The position numbers were made by a program, and so were the translations under genes. Below are positions 1-7,489 of a stretch of DNA of 64,000 nucleotides, one piece after another; the stretch's first letter is position 1, and every line of letters starts with the position of its first letter. Origin of the DNA: Patescibacteria group bacterium (GTDB lineage Bacteria > Patescibacteriota > Patescibacteriia > Patescibacteriales > UBA12465); contig JBMOHE010000003.1 in assembly GCA_049318005.1 (NCBI GenBank), forward strand, positions 5,183 to 69,182. Reading direction: 5' to 3'. The notes under the pieces are model-generated. The model made no database searches. It was given only the letters and a program-made list of their open reading frames with translations, and was not told the origin of the DNA.

Positions 1-1080
1 AATGAATATAGAAACTTTTTAATTTCAGAAAGCATAGATGAGGCGAAAGAAAAAATATCACACTATTTTGAATTAGCGAAGAAATATTTAGCCTCAACCT
101 TATTTTGCGAAGCGGTTGACCATCAAATAGTTAATGAACTAGTTGAGGATCTTGAAGTAAAGAATGTTAATGAATTTATTGAGACTTCAATATTGCCAAC
201 AAGACCGTCTTTCGTTAATCATCAAAACCAGCTTCTTCTAGATGATAAGGATATTACTTGGTCATTCACTAATTATTTTTCCGCTCCTGAAAAAGATGAG
301 AGATTAAAATTAGTTGAAAAAAAACGTAGTGAACTCATTGTGAAAGAAACGGAAGAGGAAATTGAAAAAAATGAAAAAGCTGCACAAGTAAATCAGGATC
401 TAGTTAATGTTTTAATTGAAAATAGTTCCTCTGAGCAAAAGAAACTTATAGAGTTTATTCAGGTTTCAATTAACATGCGAGATGAAAGAAAAGAATTTAT
501 TCTCAAGTTGTTTACGATGCTGGGAGATTCTTTGAGATATTTGGCAAAAGAGCTTAATATCTCTTATGATGCGATAAGTACCATGGTTGACGTAGAGATT
601 AATAAACTTGAAGACCCTTTATTCCTTGCGACTCTCAAAGAGAGATCAGAAAGAGGGGTTGTTATGATAAGTTATAATGATGGTTCGAAAGTTGGAGTAA
701 TTGATTATGATTTTGCAAAAAGTATAATTTTTGATGAATCAATTAAAGGGGATAGCTTAGAAGGGGTTTGCGCCAATAAGGGGAATTATATTGGTAAGGT
801 AAGAGTAATTATTTCTGAAAAAGATTTTCATCAATTTGAAGATGGGGAAATTTTAGTCACGGGTATGACCAGGGCGGAATACGTTCCTCTGATGAGAAAA
901 GCTGGAGCAATTGTTACGGATGAGGGCGGAGTTACTTGTCATGCGGCTATTATTTCAAGGGAATTAGGAAAGCCTTGTATTATAAACACAAGAATAGCTA
1001 CTCAAGTATTGAAAGATGGCGACGAAGTTGAAGTCGATGCTGATAATGGGGTTGTTAGAATTATAAAATCAGCTAAATAA
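1..1080 (+). CDS. PEP-utilising enzyme family protein, 5'-truncated at the window edge; C-terminal phosphohistidine swivel domain
   Basis: Frame 1 is open from nt 1, with no stop before the TTG at 193 used by the ORF track, so the gene begins upstream of the window. The C-terminus carries the PEP-utilising mobile-domain signature GGVTCHAAIISRELGKPCI. The ORF ends right after it, with no PEP/pyruvate TIM-barrel domain. Confidence 0.6.
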   Translation, partial: NEYRNFLISESIDEAKEKISHYFELAKKYLASTLFCEAVDHQIVNELVEDLEVKNVNEFIETSILPTRPSFVNHQNQLLLDDKDITWSFTNYFSAPEKDERLKLVEKKRSELIVKETEEEIEKNEKAAQVNQDLVNVLIENSSSEQKKLIEFIQVSINMRDERKEFILKLFTMLGDSLRYLAKELNISYDAISTMVDVEINKLEDPLFLATLKERSERGVVMISYNDGSKVGVIDYDFAKSIIFDESIKGDSLEGVCANKGNYIGKVRVIISEKDFHQFEDGEILVTGMTRAEYVPLMRKAGAIVTDEGGVTCHAAIISRELGKPCIINTRIATQVLKDGDEVEVDADNGVVRIIKSAK

Positions 1081-1105
1081 ATAATTAAAAAAAGAAGATA
1101 AAATA

Positions 1106-1137
1106 AAACACATCTTAAGTAAAGATGTGTTTTTGTT
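1106..1137. terminator. Bidirectional hairpin terminator between the PEP-enzyme gene (+) and tRNA-Glu (-)
   Basis: aaacacatctt/aagatgtgttt inverted repeat with a 5-nt loop. It is flanked by a T-run on the plus strand and an A-run (a T-run on the minus strand). Confidence 0.6.
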
Positions 1138-1212
1138 TGGTAGTCCCTAGGGGAATCGAACCCCTGTTAACAGGATGAAAACCTGACGTCCTAACCACTA
1201 GACGAAGGGACC
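1138..1212 (-). tRNA. tRNA-Glu (anticodon UUC) with encoded CCA
   Basis: The reverse complement folds by hand as a cloverleaf. Acceptor GGTCCCT/AGGGACT, D arm GTCT-AGTGGTTA-GGAC, anticodon arm TCAGG-TTTTCAT-CCTGT (UUC), variable TAAC, T arm AGGGG-TTCGATT-CCCCT, discriminator A, then CCA. Confidence 0.9.
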
Positions 1213-1277
1213 ATTTTTTTCAAAATAAAAATCTAATCGCTTAGATTCATTACTATTCTATATATAAAAGCCATTCC

Positions 1278-1306
1278 TGTCAATATTAAAAACTTAGTGC
1301 TATAAT
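1278..1306 (+). promoter_or_regulatory. Putative sigma70-type promoter with extended -10 (TGcTATAAT) for the patatin/PLD operon
   Basis: tgcTATAAT at 1298-1306 with a weak -35-like tgtcaa 17 nt upstream. The same gcTATAAT pattern recurs upstream of other genes in this window. Confidence 0.35.
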
Positions 1307-1342
1307 ATCTTTGTAATTAGGGGAAAATTAATTCTTTTTTGT

Positions 1343-2143
1343 ATGAAAAAAAATAAAACTATTGGTTTAGCCCTGGGTTCAGGCGGCTTCCGTGGCTTCG
1401 CGCATATTGGCGCGATAAGATCACTTGAAAAAAATGGCATCCCTATAAGCTATTTAAGTGGTTGCAGTATTGGCGCTTGGGTAGCTGCTTATTATTCTCT
1501 TTTTTTAGATATTAATAAACTAGAAGAGGACATGACTGCTAATCCACGAGAGAATATGCTTTTGCTTTTTGATTTAAGCTGGAATGGCGGATTCGTTGGT
1601 GGATCAAAATTTGCGGGTTTTTTAGAAAAAAATTTACAGCATAAAAAATTCTCTGACACAAAAATTCCCTTAAAAATAATAACAACTGATTTGATTTCCG
1701 GCATGCCTTATATATTTGAAAGCGGAGACGTTGCTCAAGCGGTTAGAGCGAGCACTTCCTTACCGATTCTTTTCAAACCGATGGAATATAAAAACAAGTT
1801 ATTAGTAGACGGGGGATTAATTAACCCCGTGCCTGGAGATTTAGTTAGAAAAATGGGGGCTGATATTGTTATTGGTGTAAATTTATATAATAAAAATGAA
1901 TTTATTAAACAAAATTTTCCGATTACAAAAGTTATTATTCGAAGTGCTAGAATCGGCTTACATAGTTTGGCGAAGATGGCGATGCGTGACGTGGACGTCG
2001 CTGTTGAACCTGATGTTTCAAAATATAACGAAGAGAGTAGTGTGTCACAGTATTTTACTAAAGATATCGCCAATGAAATAATTAGAATTGGAGAAAAGGC
2101 GATGGACAAAGCAATTCCTCAAATTAAAGAACTCTTAAAATAA
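1343..2143 (+). CDS. Patatin-like phospholipase
   Basis: Oxyanion motif GSGGFRG, nucleophile elbow GCSIG (GxSxG) and catalytic Asp motif VDGGL (DGG). Confidence 0.85.
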   Translation: MKKNKTIGLALGSGGFRGFAHIGAIRSLEKNGIPISYLSGCSIGAWVAAYYSLFLDINKLEEDMTANPRENMLLLFDLSWNGGFVGGSKFAGFLEKNLQHKKFSDTKIPLKIITTDLISGMPYIFESGDVAQAVRASTSLPILFKPMEYKNKLLVDGGLINPVPGDLVRKMGADIVIGVNLYNKNEFIKQNFPITKVIIRSARIGLHSLAKMAMRDVDVAVEPDVSKYNEESSVSQYFTKDIANEIIRIGEKAMDKAIPQIKELLK

Positions 2144-2144
2144 A

Positions 2145-3182
2145 ATGAAATATCGTTTATATACAACAACTCAAAAAGCTTGGGACGGAATGTTTAAAGG
2201 AATCGCCTCGGCTCAAAAATCAATTTACATTGAGATGTATATTTTTTTGGATGATACTCAGACCACTCATAACTTTCTTGGCTTATTAAAAGAGAAAGCC
2301 AAGGCGGGTGTTGAGGTTGTAATTATTGCCGATGCGATTGGTAGCTTTTATTTAAAGGGTTCAGCAGTTAACGAACTAAGGGCGGCGGGAATTGAATTCA
2401 TTTATTTTAGTCACTGGTTAAGACGTACTCATCGTAAAATAGTAATTATTGATAACAAGTTAGCTTTTATAGGTGGTGTTAATATTAAAGAACAGCTTAG
2501 ACATTGGCGTGATCTTCAAGTAAGAATTGATGGTCGGGTTGTGGTGCCGTTACTTCAATCCTTCGCCTATGTTTATGAAGATCTAGGTGGAAAAAAAGAA
2601 TCTATTTTGAAATACAGTCGCATGCCGCTAATTAAAAAAATTAAATCATGGATTACTGATACGATTATCGGTAAGAGTCGTCCTTATAGTTTAAATAATT
2701 ATTTTAAAGAAAAAATTGGGGCGGCTAAAACATCAGTTAAAATTGTTACGCCGTATCTTTTGCCACCTCGTCGTTTAATCGCGATGTTGGATGCAGCTTG
2801 TCTACGGGGAGTTAATGTGGAAATTTTAATTCCTAATGATACCGATGTTAAGGCACTAAATAAAGTTAACTATTTGAATGCCTGTCGCATGGCGGGCTTT
2901 GGTGTTAAATTTTATTTAATGCCAATGATGAATCACGCGAAAATTATGTTAATCGATGGGGATGAGGGCTTGATTGGTTCTCAGAATATGGATGTCTTAT
3001 CTTTCAACATGAACATGGAGGCCGGAGTTTTCTTTAAACAGAAGCAGGCGGTAAAAGATTTGGATAATTTATTTGAGCATTGGAAAAAAGAGGCGATTTA
3101 TTTTAATGCAGCCGAGAAAAAAATTACCTGGTACGATAAAATTTTATTAAGTATCATGAAATTATTTTTTCCGATTTTATAG
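2145..3182 (+). CDS. Phospholipase D superfamily protein (cardiolipin-synthase-like, two HKD motifs)
   Basis: HRKIVIIDNKLAFIGGVN and HAKIMLIDGDEGLIGSQN both match HxKxxxxD...G(G/S)xN. The start lies 1 nt after the patatin stop. Confidence 0.8.
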   Translation: MKYRLYTTTQKAWDGMFKGIASAQKSIYIEMYIFLDDTQTTHNFLGLLKEKAKAGVEVVIIADAIGSFYLKGSAVNELRAAGIEFIYFSHWLRRTHRKIVIIDNKLAFIGGVNIKEQLRHWRDLQVRIDGRVVVPLLQSFAYVYEDLGGKKESILKYSRMPLIKKIKSWITDTIIGKSRPYSLNNYFKEKIGAAKTSVKIVTPYLLPPRRLIAMLDAACLRGVNVEILIPNDTDVKALNKVNYLNACRMAGFGVKFYLMPMMNHAKIMLIDGDEGLIGSQNMDVLSFNMNMEAGVFFKQKQAVKDLDNLFEHWKKEAIYFNAAEKKITWYDKILLSIMKLFFPIL

Positions 3183-3208
3183 GATTATAAGGGTATATGC
3201 TTAACTTT

Positions 3209-3240
3209 CAAGACTAGGTCGCTCTAGTCTTGTTTTTTTT
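3209..3240 (+). terminator. Rho-independent terminator
   Basis: 9-bp stem caagactag/ctagtcttg, 6-nt loop, followed by T8. Confidence 0.75.
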
Positions 3241-3289
3241 CGAATATTCGGCTATAATAAATCTAATAATTTTTTAATTTTTAATTACC

Positions 3290-5782
3290 ATGGCAGGAAA
3301 TTTTATTAAGATTAAAGGAGCTCGTACAAATAATTTAAAAAATATTGATTTAGATATTCCTCGTGATAAATTAGTTGTTATTACGGGTTTATCTGGTTCA
3401 GGAAAATCCTCTTTAGCTTTTGATACTGTTTATGCTGAAGGACAACGTCGTTACGTTGAGTCCTTGTCTTCTTATGCGCGTCAGTTTGTTGGTTTAATGG
3501 ATAAGCCTGACGTTGATATGATTGAAGGTTTATCTCCTGCTATTTCTATTGATCAAAGAACAGTTGGCCATAATCCTCGCTCAACCGTTGGCACCGTAAC
3601 TGAAATTTATGATTATCTAAGATTGTTATATTCAAAATGTGGTCAGCCATATTGTCCTAATTGTAATGTTAAATTAAAAAAAGAAGCGGAAGAAAAAAAG
3701 ACAGAAAAGAAGGTTCGTGGACGTGATGTAAAATCGGTTAAGATGGAAAGATTTTTTACCTGTCCTGATTGTAATTATCGCCGAGCCGAACTAGAACCTA
3801 GGGACTTTTCTTTTAACTCTGGTCATGGTGCTTGTTCTGTTTGTGGAGGACTAGGAACTAAATCAGAAATCGATCCAGAGTTAGTTTTTAATGCTAATTT
3901 AAGTATTTTAGAAGGAGCGATAAAACCTTTATCCCACTCAAATTTAAGCGGCAACGGACTGTTCATGGAATTAAACGAACTCGCGACTCGCAACGCTTTT
4001 AGTTTAAGACCGGCCGTTAAAGATTTAAATCCTGAACATAAGAAATTAATTTTGCGCGGTGATAATCAGTTTGTCGGTTTACTAAAAAGTTTAGAAGATA
4101 AATATAATGAAACTAAGTCTAGTTTTGTTAAATCGGAAATTGAAAAAGTCATGCGTGTTTCGCTTTGTCCTGAATGTCACGGGGCTCGTTTAAAGCAGGA
4201 AATTTTATCGGTTAAAATTGATAACTTATCTGTTTTTGATATCACCAACAAGAGCATTAAAGATTTGCAAGTATTATTAAATAAATGGCTAAACGGAGGA
4301 TTAATTTTAAATGGCCAGACGAAAGTAGTTGAACCTATCGTTAAAGAAATGATTAAAAACTTAGAATTACTTTCTAACGTTGGTTTATATTATTTAACGT
4401 TAAGCCGCAGTGCATCTACTCTATCGGGCGGTGAAGCCCAAAGAATTAGACTAGCTTCTCAAGTAGGCTCTACTTTAAGCGGAGTTTTATATGTATTAGA
4501 TGAACCGTCTATCGGCTTGCATCAACGCGATAATGATAAATTAATTACAACTTTAAAAAATTTACGTGATAATGGGAACACCGTGATTGTTGTTGAGCAT
4601 GATGCTTCGACTATGTTAGCGGCTGACTGGTTAATTGATGTTGGCCCTGGTGCAGGTGAACATGGCGGGACTATTCTGTATTCTGGCGTTCCTGAAAACA
4701 TTAAAGACTGTAAAGAATCTTTAACTGGCGCATATTTATCCGGTAAAAAAGAAATTAAAGTGCCGGCCAAGTTTAGAGCTGGAAATGGCAAATCAATTAA
4801 AATTATTGGCGCGACTGAACATAATTTAAAAAATATTGATGTTGAAATTCCGCTTGGTAAATTAGTTGCGATTACTGGTGTTTCTGGGTCGGGTAAATCA
4901 ACTTTAATGACTGATATTTTAGCTAATGCTTTAAGCCGTAAATTCTATAGAGCTAAAGTTGAACCAGGCGCTCATAAAGAATTAACTGGTTTAGAACATA
5001 TAGATAAAGTAATTGATATCGATCAGTCGCCTATTGGTCGCACGCCTCGCTCTAACCCCGCAACCTATACTGGCCTATTTACTTATATCCGTGATTTATT
5101 TGCCGAACTTCCGGAAGCACGCGTTAAAGGTTTGGGCGCTGGCCATTTTTCTTTCAATGTTCCTGGTGGTCGCTGTGAAAACTGTGCGGGTGACGGAGTT
5201 ATAAAAGTTGAGATGCAATTTTTATCTGACGTTTATTTAACTTGTGACGTTTGCGGTGGAAAGAAATTTAAACCAAAAGTTTTAGAAGTTTTATATCAAG
5301 GTAAAAATATTTTTGAAGTATTAGAGATGACCGTTACCGAAGCCCATGAATTTTTTAAGAATCACTCCGCAATTAGTCAGAAATTAAAAACTTTAGAAGA
5401 AGTTGGGCTTGGTTATATTAGACTCGGTCAGAGTGCTACGACTTTTTCAGGCGGCGAAGCGCAGAGAATTAAACTCGCAACCGAATTATCTCGTCGTGCG
5501 ACTGGAAAAACTTTATATATTTTAGATGAGCCAACGACCGGTCTGCATTTCGCTGATATAGACAGACTCTTAAAAGTTTTAAACATGTTAGTTGATCAAG
5601 GAAATACGGTTTTAATCATTGAACATAATTTAGACGTTATAAAGTCCGTAGATTGGATTATAGATTTGGGTCCAGATGGCGGGGAATTAGGAGGAAATTT
5701 AGTGGCTGCCTGCAGTCCACTGGATATTATAAAAATACCCGCGAGTTTAACAGGAAAATATTTAAAAGAAATTCTTAAATAA
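3290..5782 (+). CDS. uvrA: Excinuclease ABC subunit A (short form, 830 aa)
   Basis: Two ABC modules with Walker [10 protein letters not shown] and GVSGSGKST, signature LSGGEAQR twice, and Walker B LYVLDEPS and LYILDEPT. Zn-finger CxxC pairs are present. The region between the first two CxxC pairs is only about 32 aa. Confidence 0.9.
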   Translation: MAGNFIKIKGARTNNLKNIDLDIPRDKLVVITGLSGSGKSSLAFDTVYAEGQRRYVESLSSYARQFVGLMDKPDVDMIEGLSPAISIDQRTVGHNPRSTVGTVTEIYDYLRLLYSKCGQPYCPNCNVKLKKEAEEKKTEKKVRGRDVKSVKMERFFTCPDCNYRRAELEPRDFSFNSGHGACSVCGGLGTKSEIDPELVFNANLSILEGAIKPLSHSNLSGNGLFMELNELATRNAFSLRPAVKDLNPEHKKLILRGDNQFVGLLKSLEDKYNETKSSFVKSEIEKVMRVSLCPECHGARLKQEILSVKIDNLSVFDITNKSIKDLQVLLNKWLNGGLILNGQTKVVEPIVKEMIKNLELLSNVGLYYLTLSRSASTLSGGEAQRIRLASQVGSTLSGVLYVLDEPSIGLHQRDNDKLITTLKNLRDNGNTVIVVEHDASTMLAADWLIDVGPGAGEHGGTILYSGVPENIKDCKESLTGAYLSGKKEIKVPAKFRAGNGKSIKIIGATEHNLKNIDVEIPLGKLVAITGVSGSGKSTLMTDILANALSRKFYRAKVEPGAHKELTGLEHIDKVIDIDQSPIGRTPRSNPATYTGLFTYIRDLFAELPEARVKGLGAGHFSFNVPGGRCENCAGDGVIKVEMQFLSDVYLTCDVCGGKKFKPKVLEVLYQGKNIFEVLEMTVTEAHEFFKNHSAISQKLKTLEEVGLGYIRLGQSATTFSGGEAQRIKLATELSRRATGKTLYILDEPTTGLHFADIDRLLKVLNMLVDQGNTVLIIEHNLDVIKSVDWIIDLGPDGGELGGNLVAACSPLDIIKIPASLTGKYLKEILK

Positions 5783-5785
5783 AAT

Positions 5786-5817
5786 AAAAACCCTTGAGAG
5801 TATCAAGGGTTTTTTGT
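5786..5817 (+). terminator. Rho-independent terminator after uvrA (copy 1 of a duplicated hairpin)
   Basis: aaaaacccttga-gagta-tcaagggttttt followed by more T. Confidence 0.8.
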
Positions 5818-5818
5818 A

Positions 5819-5847
5819 TTGACAGTCGGCATGTATAATTGTAGTAT
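5819..5847 (+). promoter_or_regulatory. Putative promoter of the 146-aa orphan gene
   Basis: TTGACA, a 17-nt spacer, then TAGTAT. A strong SD (taggagg) lies 7 nt before the ATG at 5908. Confidence 0.4.
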
Positions 5848-5907
5848 TTATAGTTAACAAACAAAGTACTTTCTAAATATAATATTAAAACCATAGGAGG
5901 CAATATA

Positions 5908-6348
5908 ATGAAAACCAGGAAAAATTTAGCGCCAGTAGAGCATATTATAGATTGTAATTTAGAGCCAAATAGCACTCTGAGCTGGAAAATTGTCAGACAT
6001 ATAAAAGGAGGAATTATAAATTTCGACGTAAACAAGGTGACCTTGTATTTATCAGAAAAGCAGCAGAAAGGAGAAATTCAGGGCGAAGCTTTAATGAGAG
6101 AATTAAATGGTCTGCCGGTTATGAACTCTAATGTACTGACATACTTAATCCATCACCCTGAAATAATTCCAAAAAAATGGAAGAATAAGAAAATCTATTT
6201 TTGGGGAACTATTTCATCTGGAGAAGTATATACTTTCGTTCATTGTCTTTGTTGGTTTGATGGAAAATGGGTGGTTCGTGCTAGCTCGCCAGATAGATAT
6301 TTTGGCCGCAATTGCCCAGCCATTCTTTACGATTATAAAAACCCTTGA
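5908..6348 (+). CDS. Hypothetical protein (146 aa)
   Basis: ORF with its own promoter-like element and an AGGAGG SD. I recognise no motif in it. Confidence 0.55.
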   Translation: MKTRKNLAPVEHIIDCNLEPNSTLSWKIVRHIKGGIINFDVNKVTLYLSEKQQKGEIQGEALMRELNGLPVMNSNVLTYLIHHPEIIPKKWKNKKIYFWGTISSGEVYTFVHCLCWFDGKWVVRASSPDRYFGRNCPAILYDYKNP

Positions 6349-6364
6349 GAATCAAGGGTTTTTT
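6337..6364. terminator. Bidirectional terminator (copy 2 of the duplicated hairpin)
   Basis: aaaaacccttga-gaa-tcaagggtttttt between convergent genes. It overlaps the last codons of the 146-aa ORF. Confidence 0.75.
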
Positions 6365-6378
6365 CATAAATAATAAAT

Positions 6379-6876
6379 TTATAAATCCGCCACAATCTTC
6401 AACTCCAAATTTTTATTACTAGTTTCTAAAATTGCGAAAGTCGCGGCGTTAAATACGCCCGCTAAAGTTCCTGGGTTAGCAATAATGAGTCCATCATCTT
6501 TCTCTAGCCAAGGTTTATGAGTATGGCCGTAAAAAATAAAGTCGAGTTTAAATGGAGCGAGCTCTTTTACTTTTCTAATTTTATCTGGTTCATGACAAAA
6601 ACCAATATTTACTCCAGCTATTTCGTTAACTGCAATCTCGCCGTAATAATTAATATTTGAGAATTTGCTTAAATCTTTTTCTTCGTAAAGGTCAGCGTTA
6701 CCTGAAACAATAAAAATCTCGCCTAAAAAGTTTTTAGCGAGATTTTTTACAGTATCTAAATTCGTTATATCACCACAGCAAATTAATTTACTTACTTCAT
6801 TTTCTTCGCAGTAGCTTAAACAGGTTTTTAAATTAGCTAAATTATCATGAATATCAGAAATAATTGCGATTAACAT
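6379..6876 (-). CDS. Metallophosphoesterase, YfcE/MJ0936 family
   Basis: Calcineurin-like motifs ISDIHDN, CGDI, GNAD and GHTH. Confidence 0.8.
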   Translation of the reverse strand: MLIAIISDIHDNLANLKTCLSYCEENEVSKLICCGDITNLDTVKNLAKNFLGEIFIVSGNADLYEEKDLSKFSNINYYGEIAVNEIAGVNIGFCHEPDKIRKVKELAPFKLDFIFYGHTHKPWLEKDDGLIIANPGTLAGVFNAATFAILETSNKNLELKIVADL

Positions 6877-6877
6877 A

Positions 6878-7453
6878 TTATTTCTTAGCGCGCAATTTTA
6901 TTTCATAAGTCATTTGCTCTAACTTACGTAAATGACCACGAGACTGATCGTATTTTGTTCTTAAATAGCCTGTCATGTCAAAATCAATTAACTGGCCCAT
7001 GATATCTTCAGCTAATTTTTTTATTTTTGCTACTTCAGAAAACTTTCCACTAGCGGCTTGGTTAGTTGCATAGCGAACAAGCTCTCCAATCATATCGCAA
7101 ATACCGCCTAAATAGGATTCATAGTCTAGAGTTAAACCTTTTACGGCTTCAATTGGTTTATTTTTAACAACTAAATATAAAGTTTTTCCTTCTAAGTATT
7201 CTTCAGCCGCGGCTTTATATGCGCCTTCGCGATGAAGTCTTTCAAAACCAAATCTTTCTTCTAAATTCTTTAAAGCTTTTTCTATTTCTTTAATTTTTGC
7301 CTCCGCGACTTTAAAATCTTGGCGTTGAAGAGCAAAAATAGTTTTCTTAGCTTCAAATAAAATATTATTAGAGGCGCTGATAATCTGGCGACGCTCTGAT
7401 TCGTTAGCTTGGTAATCTTTCTTTAATTGAACTAAAAATTTATCGTTAATCAT
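6878..7453 (-). CDS. Translin-family protein
   Basis: The C-terminal half aligns by eye to human translin. LDYESYLGGICDMIGELVR matches LDVEDYLSGVLILASELSR, GKFS matches GDYS, and LRTKYDQSRGHLRKLEQMTYE matches LRKRYDGLKYDVKKVEEVVYD. Confidence 0.6.
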   Translation of the reverse strand: MINDKFLVQLKKDYQANESERRQIISASNNILFEAKKTIFALQRQDFKVAEAKIKEIEKALKNLEERFGFERLHREGAYKAAAEEYLEGKTLYLVVKNKPIEAVKGLTLDYESYLGGICDMIGELVRYATNQAASGKFSEVAKIKKLAEDIMGQLIDFDMTGYLRTKYDQSRGHLRKLEQMTYEIKLRAKK

Positions 7454-7489
7454 ATATATTTTTGTTTATTCCGCCTTGGGCGGGTGTTA

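Noticed and set aside
1081-1342. tRNA-Glu as an integration hotspot, with an adjacent island (patatin/PLD genes).
   Set aside because: There is no integrase or recombinase, no partial tRNA direct repeat downstream that I could find, and the flanking genes have the same compositional feel as the rest of the window.
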